64,000 nt of DNA from Piromyces finnis finn (GCA_002104945.1 MCFH01000056.1:62001-126000), one strand, 5' to 3'; numbered from the stretch's first letter, positions 1 to 12,789 are shown. Numbers and translations: made by a program. The notes: generated from the letters alone by a model not told the origin.

Positions 1-599
1 TTTTAATTTAAAATTTAAATTACTTCATCTTTATAGGTATTATTAATAGCAGGTAATACAAATAGTAGTCTATATAAATTACTTTGTAAAAAAAACTAAA
101 TATATAAATTTTATTATCAAATATTATTTTTCTTTTGTTATTAGATGATAATGGAAAATAGTAAGAACAAGCGAAAAAAAAAAAAAAAAAAAAAAAAACA
201 GTTTATTGCCGAAATGACAGTTAATATAGAGTTAAGGTTTTTTATGGTTTATAATATTTATATTGTTTTTTTAACTTTGAAAAAAGTATTAATGATTTTA
301 ATCATAAAATCAAGCTTTTCTTTTTTTTTTATTAATAATATGATATAGATAAATTAAAATGTACGATAAACTTTTAAAGGGTAGGAGGTTAGGGGTTAAT
401 AATATGTTTTATTTATATTATTATTACTCAAAAATTTCTCATGGTTTAAATAATAAATTAGTTTATTTTTACGAAAATGTTATTGATTATAAAGATTATG
501 CAGTTTCAAATCAACTTTTTTTAACCAGTAGAATAAATATTTTAGACAAAAATAAAACAATAAGTAAATGTAAAGATATCAAACGCCTCAGCATGATAT

Positions 600-1144
600 T
601 GTAACGCGTATCTATATAAGTATTTAATAATGTGGTAATTAATAAACTTTATATAGATAATAATTTTGATCCCAATAAGTCAATTAATTTTATTTATTAA
701 AATTTTTAATTATTTTTTATTTAAATTATTTTTTAATAATAAATATTTTTTTTTTTTTTTAAAATTTAAAAGTTAAAAGTTAATAGTTAATAAAAACACA
801 ATTTTTTTAATTTTCGATTCAAACCACTTCTATTTATACTTTTTCTAAATCTGATGTGGCTAAATCAAAAATTTTAATTATCTTTCTAGATTGTTCTTTA
901 AATTAAAAATTGCATAAGATGAATCCCGTGATAAAATTACAAAAAATATTTGATTTTTCGAATATTCGAACTTATTCTTTTTCGAATAAGTTCTATAAGT
1001 TTCTATGAGTCGTAAATTAAATTGTTAAATAAATAATCTAAAATAGATTTCGGATCAAGGTGTGAGTCGAACCCGAGTGATCCAGATTAATGTCTTAAAT
1101 ACTAACCATTAAGACAATATTAATTATCTAATAGATTCGTTACA
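600..1144 (-). repeat. 3' LTR of E1 (545 bp)
   Basis: Direct repeat of 6017-6560; the only difference I saw is poly-T length. Confidence 0.96.
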
Positions 1145-1420
1145 TGGTCTTCCTCCAGGATTCGGATACCAGACGAATCTTTGGATTCATTTTATGTTTT
1201 ATTACAATAATAATTTTTTTAAGCTATATAATTACTATATAATTAAACTATACTAATTGAATTACAATAAAATAATTTTTTTTTTTTTTTTTTTTTACAT
1301 TATACATTTAATATTAAATACATGCTTAAAGAAAATCTAAAATTTAAGAAAATTTAAAGAAGTTATTTTTTTTTTTAAATTAAAATTAAAAATAAATTAA
1401 AAATAAAGTTTCTGTTGAAA

Positions 1421-4400
1421 TCATTTCTTTTTATTGAATTCCTTAAGTAGTTCTGGACAATTCAAATTTGTTTCTGGCTCCCAAGATGCTTCAGATATTG
1501 GGTATCCTTTCCATTTAATTAGATATTGGACTTTACCATAATATCTTCTTTTATCCAATATCTCTTCGACTTCAAATTCTTCCTTATTATCCACAATAAC
1601 CGGCGGAGGTGGCGGTTGCTTTCTATTGAACTTGTCTTCATGGTAGGGTTCCAATTCTGAAACGTGGATGACTGGATGAATGCGAATTTCTTTTGGTAAC
1701 TCCAATTTGAAAGAAACTGGAGAAATTTTTTCAATTATTTTGTACGGACCAAGTTTTCTAGGTTTTAACTTCTTATTACCATTACGCATTATTAAAGAAC
1801 TGTTGATCCATACTTTATCATTTACCTTGAGTTCAGGGGCTTTACTTCTGTGTTTGTTTGCGAATTTTTCTTGTTGATTAATGGATTTCTTCAAGTTATC
1901 TTTAAGAGTTTTAATTATTTCTTTGAAATTTCTTGTGAATTCATCCGCAGTTGGTATCTCGGTACGACTTGGTAAAATTGGAGAATGTTTTGGATTATAG
2001 CCATAGTTAGCAAAAAATGGTGAAGTTTTGGTAGATTCTTGAACGGCATTATTGTAACTAAATTCAGCAAGATGTAAGAACTTGTACCAGTTAGAGCCTT
2101 TATAATTTGAGTAACACCTTAGGTATTGTTCTACAACGGAGTTTACCCTCTCCGTCAACCCGTTTGTTTGGTGATGGTAGGAAGAAGAAAATTTTAGGTT
2201 TATATCAAAAGATTTGCAAATTGAATTCCAGAATTTAGAGGTAAATTGAGTACCTCTATCCGAAAGAATTTCATTTGGTAATCCATGGAGACGAAAAACG
2301 TTGATCATGAAAGCATCAGCAGTATCGGAGGCAGAAGGGATGTTCTCAAAAGGAATGAAGTGGCATAATTTAGTTAATCTATCGGTGACTACAAGAATGC
2401 AAGTATACTTTTGGGAAAGTGGGAGATCCGTAATAAAGTCCATAGATAAGGAAGACCAAGGACGTTCAGCAATTTCCAAAGGGGAGAGAAATCCATAGGG
2501 TTTGTGTCGAGAATCCTTTGATCGGCAACATATTTCGCAAGACCTAACATATTCTTTGACATCGACTGAGAGATAAGGCCACCAAAAGTCACGAACAATA
2601 AGGGAAGTAGTTTTCTTTAATCCGAAGTGTCCAGCGGAGGGTGAGTCATGGCAAATTTTAAGAACTTCCAAACGACAATCTTGGGGGACATAGATCCTAT
2701 TATTGAATAATAATACACCATCTTGAATTTTAAAGTTTTCGATTTGCGAATGAGGGACTGGGGGAATTTGAGTTTCTAAATATTTGCATACTTCAAAGTA
2801 AAATTTATCATCTTTGCTATTTGAAATGATTTTATCCATAAGGGGATTGTTATCCAGAACCATGGCACAAAAGTTTTCGGGTCTAAGGACGGAATTTGGA
2901 ATGTCATTGTTATACTTAAAATTTTCTAAGTAATCTGGTCTTCTAGATAAAGCGTCAGGTTTACCATTAGCAGAACCCGACCGATAAACGATGATAAAGT
3001 TAAACTCGGCAAGGAACAAAGACCAACGAACTAATCTTTGAGTCATTTTTTCGGGTTTCTTCTGGTAGAGCAAATTTCTATGATCCGAGAAAATCTTGAA
3101 AGGCTGAGTAGTTCCTTTGAGTAGATGTCGCCAAGTTTCTAAAGCAGCTACAATTGCTAAAAGTTCTTTATCGTAGATCGGATAGTTCCTTTCAGAAGAA
3201 CTAAGCGATCTAGAGAAAAATGCCACTGGATGAACCGACTTGTCTTTTGGATTCGTTTGTGAAAGGATTGCTCCTATAGCGAAATTACTTGCATCCGTTT
3301 CAACTATGAAAGGTATATCACGATTCGGGTATGCAAGAACAGGGGAAGAAGCAAATTTGGATTTGATTAAACTAAAAGAATTTTCACACTGATGAGAGAA
3401 GCAGAATTTAACATCCTTCTTAAGTAACGCATTCAGTGGTTGTGCGATCTCAGCAAAACCGGCAATGAATCTTCTATAATAATTAGCTAACCCAAGAAAC
3501 GCTTGAACCTCTTTAACGCTTTTAGGAGTTGGCCATTCCAAGATAGATGCAATTTTCTTTGGATCCATTAAAATACCTTCAGAAGATATACGATGACCTA
3601 AGAAATCGATAAATGGGACAAAGAACTCACATTTTTCAAGTTTTGCGTAAAGTCCCGCTTTTCTAAGTCTTTTAAGTACTTCTTTAACCTGGATTACATG
3701 GGTTTTAAAATTTTCCGAGAAAATTATTAAGTCATCAATATAACTAAAGACAAATATTCCCAAGATTCCCTCAAGCACATCATTAATGAAATGTTGAAAT
3801 ACTGCAGGTGCGTTTTTCAAACCAAACGGCATTACAGTATATTCAAAGTGTCCATATTTGCAAGTAAAAGCAGTTTTGAATTCATCACCTTCTTTGATCC
3901 TCACAAGATTGTAAGCTGATCTTAAATCAAGTTTGGAGAAGATGTTGCTTTTACCTAGATGTTCCAACATGTCATTAATTAATGGTAAAGGGTATGAATC
4001 ACGGATTGTGATTTCGTTTAATTTCCTATAATCTTGACATAGACGTAGTTCACCATTTTTCTTCGGGACAAAAAGCACTGGGGCACCAGCCGGAGACTTC
4101 GAAGGTCTGATGAAACCTTTTCGCAAATTTTCATCAATGTATTCCTTCAATACCATTGATTCTTTATCCGTTAAAGGATAAATTGGTCCATAGAAAAGTT
4201 TGGAGTCCGGCTTAAGACGGATTTCACAATCGTATTGCCTATGTGGCGGCAATTGTTCAGCGGCTTTTTCATTAAATACATCTTCAAAGGCTTGAAGTTC
4301 AGCGGGTAGAATAACTTCTTGATTACTAGAAGTGTTAGTGGTGGAATCTTGACTTTTTGGAAGATTTGTTACAGAATCATGGATATAAGAATTGGTTGAA

Positions 4401-4612
4401 GTGCTACAAGAAGGTTTGGAATCATTAGAAATAGAAGAAATAACATAAGTAGGGGCAACATTTGGAATGACAGAGCAATGTGACAAACAGAAATTTGAAT
4501 TAAAAGATAATTCTTTTTCAACGAAGTTAATATTAGGGTTGTGCTGATGTAACCATTCAGCACCTAAGATACCACAATATCCCGGGAGGTCTACAATATA
4601 AAATATAGTTTT
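1421..4612 (-). CDS. pol: E1 pol: C-terminal part of protease, RT (YIDD), RNase H ([12 protein letters not shown]), integrase (HHCC, SDRGTQF), canonical chromodomain
   Basis: ORF track 1421-4486. The frame stays open upstream to 4612 ([21 protein letters not shown]). C-terminus FEVEEILD...YLIKWKGY...SWEP is a chromodomain. Confidence 0.95.
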   Translation of the reverse strand, partial: KTIFYIVDLPGYCGILGAEWLHQHNPNINFVEKELSFNSNFCLSHCSVIPNVAPTYVISSISNDSKPSCSTSTNSYIHDSVTNLPKSQDSTTNTSSNQEVILPAELQAFEDVFNEKAAEQLPPHRQYDCEIRLKPDSKLFYGPIYPLTDKESMVLKEYIDENLRKGFIRPSKSPAGAPVLFVPKKNGELRLCQDYRKLNEITIRDSYPLPLINDMLEHLGKSNIFSKLDLRSAYNLVRIKEGDEFKTAFTCKYGHFEYTVMPFGLKNAPAVFQHFINDVLEGILGIFVFSYIDDLIIFSENFKTHVIQVKEVLKRLRKAGLYAKLEKCEFFVPFIDFLGHRISSEGILMDPKKIASILEWPTPKSVKEVQAFLGLANYYRRFIAGFAEIAQPLNALLKKDVKFCFSHQCENSFSLIKSKFASSPVLAYPNRDIPFIVETDASNFAIGAILSQTNPKDKSVHPVAFFSRSLSSSERNYPIYDKELLAIVAALETWRHLLKGTTQPFKIFSDHRNLLYQKKPEKMTQRLVRWSLFLAEFNFIIVYRSGSANGKPDALSRRPDYLENFKYNNDIPNSVLRPENFCAMVLDNNPLMDKIISNSKDDKFYFEVCKYLETQIPPVPHSQIENFKIQDGVLLFNNRIYVPQDCRLEVLKICHDSPSAGHFGLKKTTSLIVRDFWWPYLSVDVKEYVRSCEICCRSKDSRHKPYGFLSPLEIAERPWSSLSMDFITDLPLSQKYTCILVVTDRLTKLCHFIPFENIPSASDTADAFMINVFRLHGLPNEILSDRGTQFTSKFWNSICKSFDINLKFSSSYHHQTNGLTERVNSVVEQYLRCYSNYKGSNWYKFLHLAEFSYNNAVQESTKTSPFFANYGYNPKHSPILPSRTEIPTADEFTRNFKEIIKTLKDNLKKSINQQEKFANKHRSKAPELKVNDKVWINSSLIMRNGNKKLKPRKLGPYKIIEKISPVSFKLELPKEIRIHPVIHVSELEPYHEDKFNRKQPPPPPVIVDNKEEFEVEEILDKRRYYGKVQYLIKWKGYPISEASWEPETNLNCPELLKEFNKKK

Positions 4613-5656
4613 TCATTGGTGGTTTTTGTATTTAATTGAAATTGGGATGGATTTACCTAAGACTTGTTGTTCCCCACCAATACCAGAGATTTTGTCGAGA
4701 GAGACGGATTTATCAAAAGGAATGTTGTTTTCTTCTGCAAAGACCACATCTATTATGTTAAGTTGGGATCCTGAATCAATTAGTAGTTTAGTGTTAACGG
4801 AGACGTCGGAAGTATTGAGTTGGAACTCAAAAACTGGTTGTTTCAAATGGGGATTATCGGAGAATCTTATTCTAGGTTTCTTTTCAGGCATAGAATTAGA
4901 AATATGAGTCCCAGCTGTTTTTTCATTTTTACTTCTTTTTGGACAGTTGTTTAACTTGTGATCTGGAGAACCACAATATAAACAGAGATTCTCCTTAATT
5001 CTTCTAGCCTTTTCTTCTGAGGTAAGCGGTCCGTAAGTTTTCTTATTTCTCGAAGTGAAAGGTTTTCTATTTGCTTCAGTTCTTCGGTTTTGATTGGTGC
5101 TATTAGAGTGATTGTTGTTGAAAAATCTTCTATTAGTATCGATTCTAGAATCGATTCTTGATGCTATAACTTGTAAATTTAGTAGCGTTTGTGGACCGGG
5201 AAACATTTCTAAAATTCTATTGGCGACTTGATCTTGTAGTCCAGCTAAGAAGGCGTCCATTTTTGCACTTTCGTTCCAAGAGGAGTCATCAGAGTATCGG
5301 TTAAATTCAAGAATATATTTTTGAATTTCTCCGATTTTCCTTTGCTTTATAGTTCGAAGCTTTTGATTAGCCACAAATGTTGAGTCGTTGTTGCCAAACA
5401 CAGATTTAAGCTTTGCAACAAATGAGTCATAATTTAATAGGCATTCGTCATGGTTGTGAATTAATGATGCAGCCCAATTCAAGGCTTCACCATATAGTCT
5501 TGAAATAATATAGACGATTTTTGCTTCGTCATCCGCGTAGCGCTCTGGGTAGACCATAAAGATTAATTCTATTTTGGCGAGAAAACCCTTAAAGAAACGA
5601 CGATTTCCAGCGAAACCATCCTTCAACGTAGCATGGTTCATCAATTCTTCATCCAT
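4613..5656 (-). CDS. gag: E1 gag (capsid, CCHC knuckle CLYCGSPDHKLNNC) plus protease N-half (LIDSGS), ending at an in-frame TGA
   Basis: 347-aa ORF in the same frame as pol, separated from it by a single TGA (CAA TGA AAA). Confidence 0.92.
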   Translation of the reverse strand: MDEELMNHATLKDGFAGNRRFFKGFLAKIELIFMVYPERYADDEAKIVYIISRLYGEALNWAASLIHNHDECLLNYDSFVAKLKSVFGNNDSTFVANQKLRTIKQRKIGEIQKYILEFNRYSDDSSWNESAKMDAFLAGLQDQVANRILEMFPGPQTLLNLQVIASRIDSRIDTNRRFFNNNHSNSTNQNRRTEANRKPFTSRNKKTYGPLTSEEKARRIKENLCLYCGSPDHKLNNCPKRSKNEKTAGTHISNSMPEKKPRIRFSDNPHLKQPVFEFQLNTSDVSVNTKLLIDSGSQLNIIDVVFAEENNIPFDKSVSLDKISGIGGEQQVLGKSIPISIKYKNHQ

Positions 5657-5711
5657 ATTCTTTATTTTATTGAAAATATCTAATTTTAATTCAATTTAAT
5701 CGTATAATATA

Positions 5712-5800
5712 TCCAAGAGAGTCCAAAAGAGTCCAAAAGAGTCCAAAAGAGTCCAAAAGAGTCCGAGAGAGTCCAAGAGTCCAAGAGAGTCCAAAAGAGT
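5712..5800. repeat. Tandem GAGTCCAAAA-type ~10-mer repeats in the E1 5' leader
   Basis: About 8-9 imperfect units visible directly. Confidence 0.9.
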
Positions 5801-6016
5801 TGTAAAACAATATACAAAGGTAGTGTCTATTGCCTAGAGAAAAAATAAAGGAGTAAACAGAAGTAGTATCTAAAGTAGCAAAACAGAAAAGTACAAAAGT
5901 CAGGTAGATACTAATATACAAGTGGATATTTAAACCAAGGGTAGACACTATAACAGGTAGGAAAAATAAACAAATTAATTAAGGTAAAGGGAATATGTTA
6001 CAACTGGTGTTTTTAT

Positions 6017-6560
6017 TGTAACGCGTATCTATATAAGTATTTAATAATGTGGTAATTAATAAACTTTATATAGATAATAATTTTGATCCCAATAAGTCAA
6101 TTAATTTTATTTATTAAAATTTTTAATTATTTTTTATTTAAATTATTTTTTAATAATAAATATTTTTTTTTTTTTTAAAATTTAAAAGTTAAAAGTTAAT
6201 AGTTAATAAAAACACAATTTTTTTAATTTTCGATTCAAACCACTTCTATTTATACTTTTTCTAAATCTGATGTGGCTAAATCAAAAATTTTAATTATCTT
6301 TCTAGATTGTTCTTTAAATTAAAAATTGCATAAGATGAATCCCGTGATAAAATTACAAAAAATATTTGATTTTTCGAATATTCGAACTTATTCTTTTTCG
6401 AATAAGTTCTATAAGTTTCTATGAGTCGTAAATTAAATTGTTAAATAAATAATCTAAAATAGATTTCGGATCAAGGTGTGAGTCGAACCCGAGTGATCCA
6501 GATTAATGTCTTAAATACTAACCATTAAGACAATATTAATTATCTAATAGATTCGTTACA
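6017..6560 (-). repeat. 5' LTR of E1 (544 bp)
   Basis: Direct repeat of 600-1144, lying upstream of gag on the minus strand. Confidence 0.96.
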
Positions 6561-7311
6561 GATATCTTTAATGTAACTTAAGCCATAAATATTATTGTTT
6601 AAGTTACACGAATTATTACAGAAAAAGAAAATGAAACATAATTTATTTATTAATATTAAAAGTTTAAAACAAAATAAATTAAATTTCTCAATTTAATTTC
6701 TTAGTTTTAGTATTGTTTTTGATAGAAAAAGATGAATAGTATATAAATAATAAATGATTAATATATAAATAATACATGGGCACATATTCAAATTAAATAG
6801 TACTTGATTTGAATTGCCTATTTTATTTTACTAAAATAATTATAGTTTAAATATTTTATTAATAATTAAGATTTTAGCATAGGGTTTAAATAATAATGAA
6901 TAAATAGTTATAATAATATAAATGTATTTAGGAAAAATATAAATAGAAGATATTTTTCATCATTTTATCAATTTAATTGTTATTAAAAATTCTATTCTTT
7001 CAGTGTCTGCTTTACAGTAAATCTAAAGTATTGAAAAATAAAAGTAAGTTTAACTTTAGATATATTAGTAATGTATTAGTAACGTATAATAGTTTCATAT
7101 GTTCTAGGAATATTAATAAACAATAATTTTTTTTTAATTTAATTAACTACATTTAATAGAATAAATTTATTTGGATTTCCAATAATTAGTTCTATGTTAT
7201 TGTAAATATAATTTTTTATAATCATATAATTTATACGATTCATTAATATTAAGAGTTGACATAATGTAAAATAATAACCAAGATATTCTAACAGTTCGAG
7301 AGTCTCTGACC

Positions 7312-7860
7312 GTTGTTCCAGTTTTTATCCTTATTTTTAAGGCATTTCCTTAGTATACATAAGGCTTCTGGTTTGATCACGCAGATGTCAGTGTTCGTAG
7401 ATTTCCCCCATTGAATTTTGCTATGGGTTTGGTTATGATATTCATAAGTATTAATGAACTTTCTAATTTACTACTATGATATTAGCACTCATCTAACCGA
7501 CCTGAGAGGGTCAAAATATACATATTACATTGCAAATTAGAACCTTATAATTGGTGACTTAGGCTATACCAAATACACAACCAACATTCTTTAATCTATT
7601 TAAGTGTAAACATTAGGGGGCGTTTGTCACGTGATCAAAATTGACTATATGAGGCTTAGTATTATAGTTGGAAATATCGTACAACGACATGCATCTAATG
7701 TACATGGATTAAGTGAGCGTGGAAGCTGAAGATTCGGTATGACAGACCAGAAGGGTCACAACCATCTAGCAATAGGGAAGAGCCAACGTTTCTCTAAGAA
7801 CCACCATTGGAGCTTATTCTGATTGATGGGAGAAATGAACTAGGAAATTAAAAACAAAAA
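7312..7860 (+). mobile_element. SINE-like retroposon, diverged full-length copy
   Basis: Colinear with the reverse complement of 36090-36624 over about 540 bp. Ends GATGGGAGAAATGAACTAGGAAATT plus an A-rich tail. No clear TSD. Confidence 0.8.
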
Positions 7861-8313
7861 GTCACACTAACCCTCATTGACTCTTAACAAAATTATTTAA
7901 AGTTATTCGAAAAAAAGCTACATAAGTTAATTTTATTTACAAATATATATTTATTTGTGGCTTATATAATTAATAAAATACATAACGTATTTTAAATAAT
8001 CGATAATGTAATTAAAAAAATTCTGAGTTAAAAAACTTTATTTTATAATCCACAATAAATTTTTATTAAATTACCTATATATTACAATATATTATAATAA
8101 ATGTATGTTGCATAAAAAAAGCCTATAAAATGAAACAAAAAATATCTTTTATTTTTTAATCTAAAAAATAAAACAACAAATAAACAAAACAAATAAAAGT
8201 TTTAATTTAATTTATAAAAAAAATATTATGATAAAATAAAATAATTATAAATAATGATATATAAAAGATATATTGTTTCTAAAAGATAATTTTTTACATA
8301 TCGTGAATACTAT

Positions 8314-8965
8314 TATAAAATATTGTATTAATTGAATAATGTATAATGTATTGAATTAATGTACCGTAAAAGTTTACAAAAAATTTTCATCAATACATTA
8401 ACATAGATTTATGTAAAATTTAACTTATTGATAAGATAAATTTTTTGATGATAAAATAAAATTTTAAATTAAATAATTTTTAACCAATAAATATTTTAGA
8501 TAATAAAAAAAATTATATTTATAAACTAAGCCTCAAAATTAGAAATAAATAAATTTAATATATGTTTGAAATATAATCAACCATATAGTAAATAAATCAA
8601 AACTTTATTTTAAGTTTAGAAAATTCTTTAGTAAATAAATTGAATTTAAATAGTTTAATACAAATAATTTCTTTTAATAAAGGTATAAATATAAACAATG
8701 TAAAGTTATATTAAAACATGTATATTAGAATTAATTTAATTTTTTTAAAAAGTATAAAAAGAAAATTTTTCAACTATTAAAACGATAGTTGGAAAATCGT
8801 AATTAAAACAATGTAATTGTTATTAGTATAATTTTAGTTAATAACTAAATAAATTAATAAAAAGAGAATTTTAAATATACTTGGTTTCTTTTCGTTTTTT
8901 TAGTTTTTTATTTTGGTGTAGTTTTATTTTGAAATTTTAGAATTTTTTTTTATAAAACTTTTACA
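8314..8965 (+). repeat. Older solo LTR related to the E2 LTR family (U3 shared, U5 divergent)
   Basis: 8314 to about 8800 matches the reverse complement of the E2 LTR through GATAGTTGGAAAATCGTA. Termini TATAAAAT...TTTTACA. Flanks ACTAT/ATTAT form an imperfect TSD. Confidence 0.7.
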
Positions 8966-9123
8966 ATTATAATGATTATTTATATTTAAATAGTATTTTA
9001 TTTTTTATTTAAATAATATTTATATAATATTTAATATGCATTATTATAGTAAATAACATTATCAATTATTAACCAATAATAGTTAATATAAATTAACAAT
9101 ATTATAAAAGAAAGCATGTAAAC

Positions 9124-9396
9124 TGAAAAAATATAATTCAGCTAGAACTTAAATTACTAATAAAATTTTATATTACTAATATTAAACTTTAATTAATAAT
9201 AAAATTATAATATAATTACTAATGTAATGTTTCTTAGAATAATCGTAGCATATAGTATTACTAGTTGGCATTAGCCACATATTTTAGTATAAAAAGAAAT
9301 TGTAAATGTATTTTCAAAATCTTTGTAATTACTTTTATTAAATTAAATTTAATAAACATAATAAATAAACTTTATCAAACCTAAATTTACTTTTCA
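9124..9396 (+). repeat. Copia 5' LTR (273 bp)
   Basis: Matches 20923-21009 joined to 35548-35824, with several substitutions. Confidence 0.92.
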
Positions 9397-9410
9397 GATT
9401 AAGAGTCTCA

Positions 9411-11502
9411 ATGGCTACCGAATATATTCTTTCTAACCACGGACGTCCACTTAACGGTGATAATTTTAGTGCTTGGAAATTAAGAATTACCAGCATCCTC
9501 ACCGCTTTAAATCTCAAGAATTACTTAGACCAAAATATTACTACTGATGGAATTCAAGACCCAGGTGAAATCCTAGGAATACAAAAGGAAAATGCAGCTG
9601 CCATATCTATTATACTTAACAATATTGAAGATAAAATCTACCCGCTGATAACCGATACTGATACTGCCCACGAACTTATGGAAAACTTAAAAATCCTCTT
9701 TGAGCAAGACGAAGATGTAACTTTATAAGAATGGATGAACAAATTAAGAGATATGAAGGTCAAAAATCACAAAGAAATACTTAGCTTAACTAGTAAAATG
9801 ATGTCCATATTCAAACAAATGGAGAAGAAAAAGTTACCAATTACTGAACAAGAAAAAATAGATTGCCTTTTAGGGTGTATGCCAAAGGAACTAAAAATCA
9901 TTTTTATTTCCGGAACTACAACTACTGCAAATGACCTTTATGAAGATATTAAAAATAAATACAAATTACTCTACCATATAGGAAAAATAAAGAAATTAAA
10001 AATACAAAAAACTATGATGAAGACATGATGGACATCGACTTAGTTAACAATATAATGAAATTTAACCAGGGCAATAACAATAACTCAAGAACAAGCAAAT
10101 ACTGTCATATATGTAACATGAAAAATCATAATACTAGTGAATGTGGTTATAACACAAAAAACAAGTATAGATACAACAAATACAACAACAACAACAACAA
10201 CAACAGTAGAAGTAAACCATATCAAAATAACAAAAGAAATTATAATAGAAACAACATCAATTATTTAAACAAGAAAGAAATGGATGAAATCTTGTCAAAT
10301 GAGGGACTTGCCTATATTAATAACATCAATAATAAAGAAAACAATGAAAAATCTTCGAACTCTACTACCTGGATATACGATATAGGTGCTTCTGAACACA
10401 TAACTAATGATAAAAGTATTTTAAGAAATTTTGTTGAACAAAAATTAAAAATGAAATGTGCCAACAATACTACTTGCGAATTTCAGGAATTCGGTACATA
10501 CGAAGGAAAACTAAATAACTATAACATAATATTAAAAAGGGTTTTATACTCCAAGGATATAGCACAAAATCTAATAAGTGGAATAAAATTAGCACAATCA
10601 CACATAGATTGTGAAATAATTAATAAAAATTTCAAACCACAGTTAATAATCAAATACAATAATAAAAATATATTTAGAACACATGTCAATAAAGGGAATA
10701 ATTTCAAAATTAAAACACAAAATAATATTACTTTCAATGATAGAAAGTTATATTGTTTCAATGAAAATTTATCAAATAATATATAGCACAATAGATTAGG
10801 ACATTACTATAACAAAAGTCTAGAAAAATTTTTAAAGTCACACAAAATTGAAAATAATGAATGTCTACACTGTAAAATATCAAAATTAAATAGAAAACCA
10901 CACAATGGAATTCCACCCAAAGCAACTAGAAGAAACGAAGTTATTCATTCCGACGTTATGGGACCTTTACCACCATCAATAAATTAATATAAATATATTC
11001 TAACTTTTATTGACGAAGCTACTAGAAAAGGTTAGGTATTTAATCTAAAAAACAAATCAGATTTTACTAGTACGACTATCAATTTTATTAAGTTAATCAA
11101 CAATAACTACCCAAATGAAAAAATTAAAATATTTAAGTCTGATAATGGAAAAGAATACAATAATAAAAAATTATTAAATTTTTGCAAACGAAATGGTATT
11201 AAGAAAGAATATTCTCCTCCTTACAATCCTCAAAATAATGGAATAGCTGAGCGTTTCAACAGAACTATTACATCGTGTGTTAAAACAATTTTGTATTGGG
11301 CAAAACTTAGTTTAAACTTTTGGGAATATGCAGTAAAACATGCTGTATATATTTATAATAATACCACACAGTAGTATCTCAAATAAAACTCCTAATGAAA
11401 TATACTTCAATAAAAAGATAAATTTAAACTATATAAAAACTTTTGGCTGTATTGCATACTATAAGAATTTCAATCATAACAAAAGAAAATTTGATATCAA
11501 CT
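9411..11502 (+). pseudogene. Copia gag / CCHC (CHICNMKNHNTSEC) / protease (WIYDIGASEH) / GAG-pre-integrase (HNRLGH) / integrase core, disrupted
   Basis: ORF fragments 9411-9728, 9735-10028 and 10025-10786, then integrase motifs (HSDVMGP, KSDNGKEY, QNNGIAERFNRT). Several in-frame stops and a frameshift. Confidence 0.9.
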
Positions 11503-11860
11503 TGTAATGAAATATTATAATAATAAACACACTAAAGTATATAACTAATATTTTTTTAATAATTTTTATTTATTAAATTTATTATTATAATACAACTAAT
11601 TCGCTAGGTCAGTGTATTATCAAACTAAAGACAAAACGAAAAAAACTAATTTTATTAATTGTTAATAAAAACACTAAAGAGCTATCTTATCTTTCGTATT
11701 CTCTTTTATACATGAAAAAATAATTTTTTTAATACAATTTGATAAGTGAACTAATTACTTAATGATTGATTAAAAAAATATAATAATAATAATTTCTTTC
11801 ATTAATCTAATCTTAATGATTTCCTAATCTAACCCTTATCACTAGATATACTTCGTTACA
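11503..11860 (-). repeat. Solo LTR (358 bp) inserted in the copia integrase
   Basis: Termini TGTAATGA...TCGTTACA. TSD CAACT at 11498-11502 and 11861-11865. Removing it restores KRKFDINSRKGIYLG. Orientation inferred from the TATA and primer motif shared with the E1 LTR. Confidence 0.9.
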
Positions 11861-12016
11861 CAACTCCAGAAAAGGAATTTACTTAGGATTTAATATTAAT
11901 ACACACTGTTTTATAATTATGGATTTTTACGATCATAATATACATTTAGTAATGGAAGCAGTTTTCATAGAAGAAAAACCAGGAAATCCCAAAATTGAAT
12001 CCGGCAACAATCCTGG

Positions 12017-12784
12017 TGTAAAATATTCTAAAGTTCAGGTTTGTATACAACACTAAACTAACAATTAAACTAATTATTTTTAATAATAATTTTTATTTAT
12101 TTATTTATTTATTTTTAAAACTATACTAACTAAACAACCGTTGATTACTTTACCGTGAAGGATATTTTACCAGAGCCCTCACTAGGTAATCAATATTTAT
12201 TATTAAAAAAAAAAAACAACTAAACTAATTATAAACTAATGTTAATTTATCTAAACAAAATTAACCTATACGATTTTCCAACTATCGTTTCAATAGTTGA
12301 AAAATTTTCTTTATTTATACTTTTTAAATAAATTGAATAAATTCTAATATACATGTTTTAATATTATAATTTTACATTGTTTACATTTATACATTTATTA
12401 AAAGAAATTATTTGTATTAAACTATTTAAATTCTATTTATTTACTAAAGAATTTTCTAAACTTAAAATAAAGTTTTGATTTATTTACTATATGGTTGATT
12501 ATATTTCAAACATATATTCAATTTATTTATTTCTAATTTTGAGGCTTAGTTTATAAAAAAAATTTTTTATTATCTAAAATATTTATTGGTTAAAATTTAT
12601 TTAATTTAAAATTTTATTTTATCATCAAAAACTTTATCTTATCATAAAATTAAATTTTACATAAATTTATGTTAATGTATTGTGATATAAATTTTATGAA
12701 AATTTACGGTACATTAATTTAATACATTATACATTATTTTAAATACGTATTAAATACATTATTCTATTAATACAATATTTTACA
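12017..12784 (-). repeat. Solo LTR (768 bp), E2-family relative, inserted in copia
   Basis: Termini TGTAAAATATTC...ATTTTACA. TSD CCTGG at 12012-12016 and 12785-12789. Closely similar to 22000-22796. Confidence 0.93.
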
Positions 12785-12789
12785 CCTGG

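Larger units (their letters stand above)
600..6560 (-). mobile_element. Ty3/gypsy chromovirus LTR retrotransposon E1, full length and young
   Basis: Near-identical LTRs at 600-1144 and 6017-6560 (TGTAAC...GTTACA). 5-bp TSD GATAT at 595-599 and 6561-6565. Domain order gag-PR-RT-RH-IN-chromodomain. PPT-like GGAGGAAGACCA abuts the 3' LTR. Confidence 0.97.

Noticed and set aside
145-604. ORFs 145-348 and 359-604
   Set aside because: Low-complexity AT-rich translations (poly-K, F/I/N-rich) with no motif, as expected by chance.
11503-11860. tRNA-like cassette in the 358-bp solo LTR
   Set aside because: It has GGTTAG near the terminus but no B-box or equivalent hairpin.
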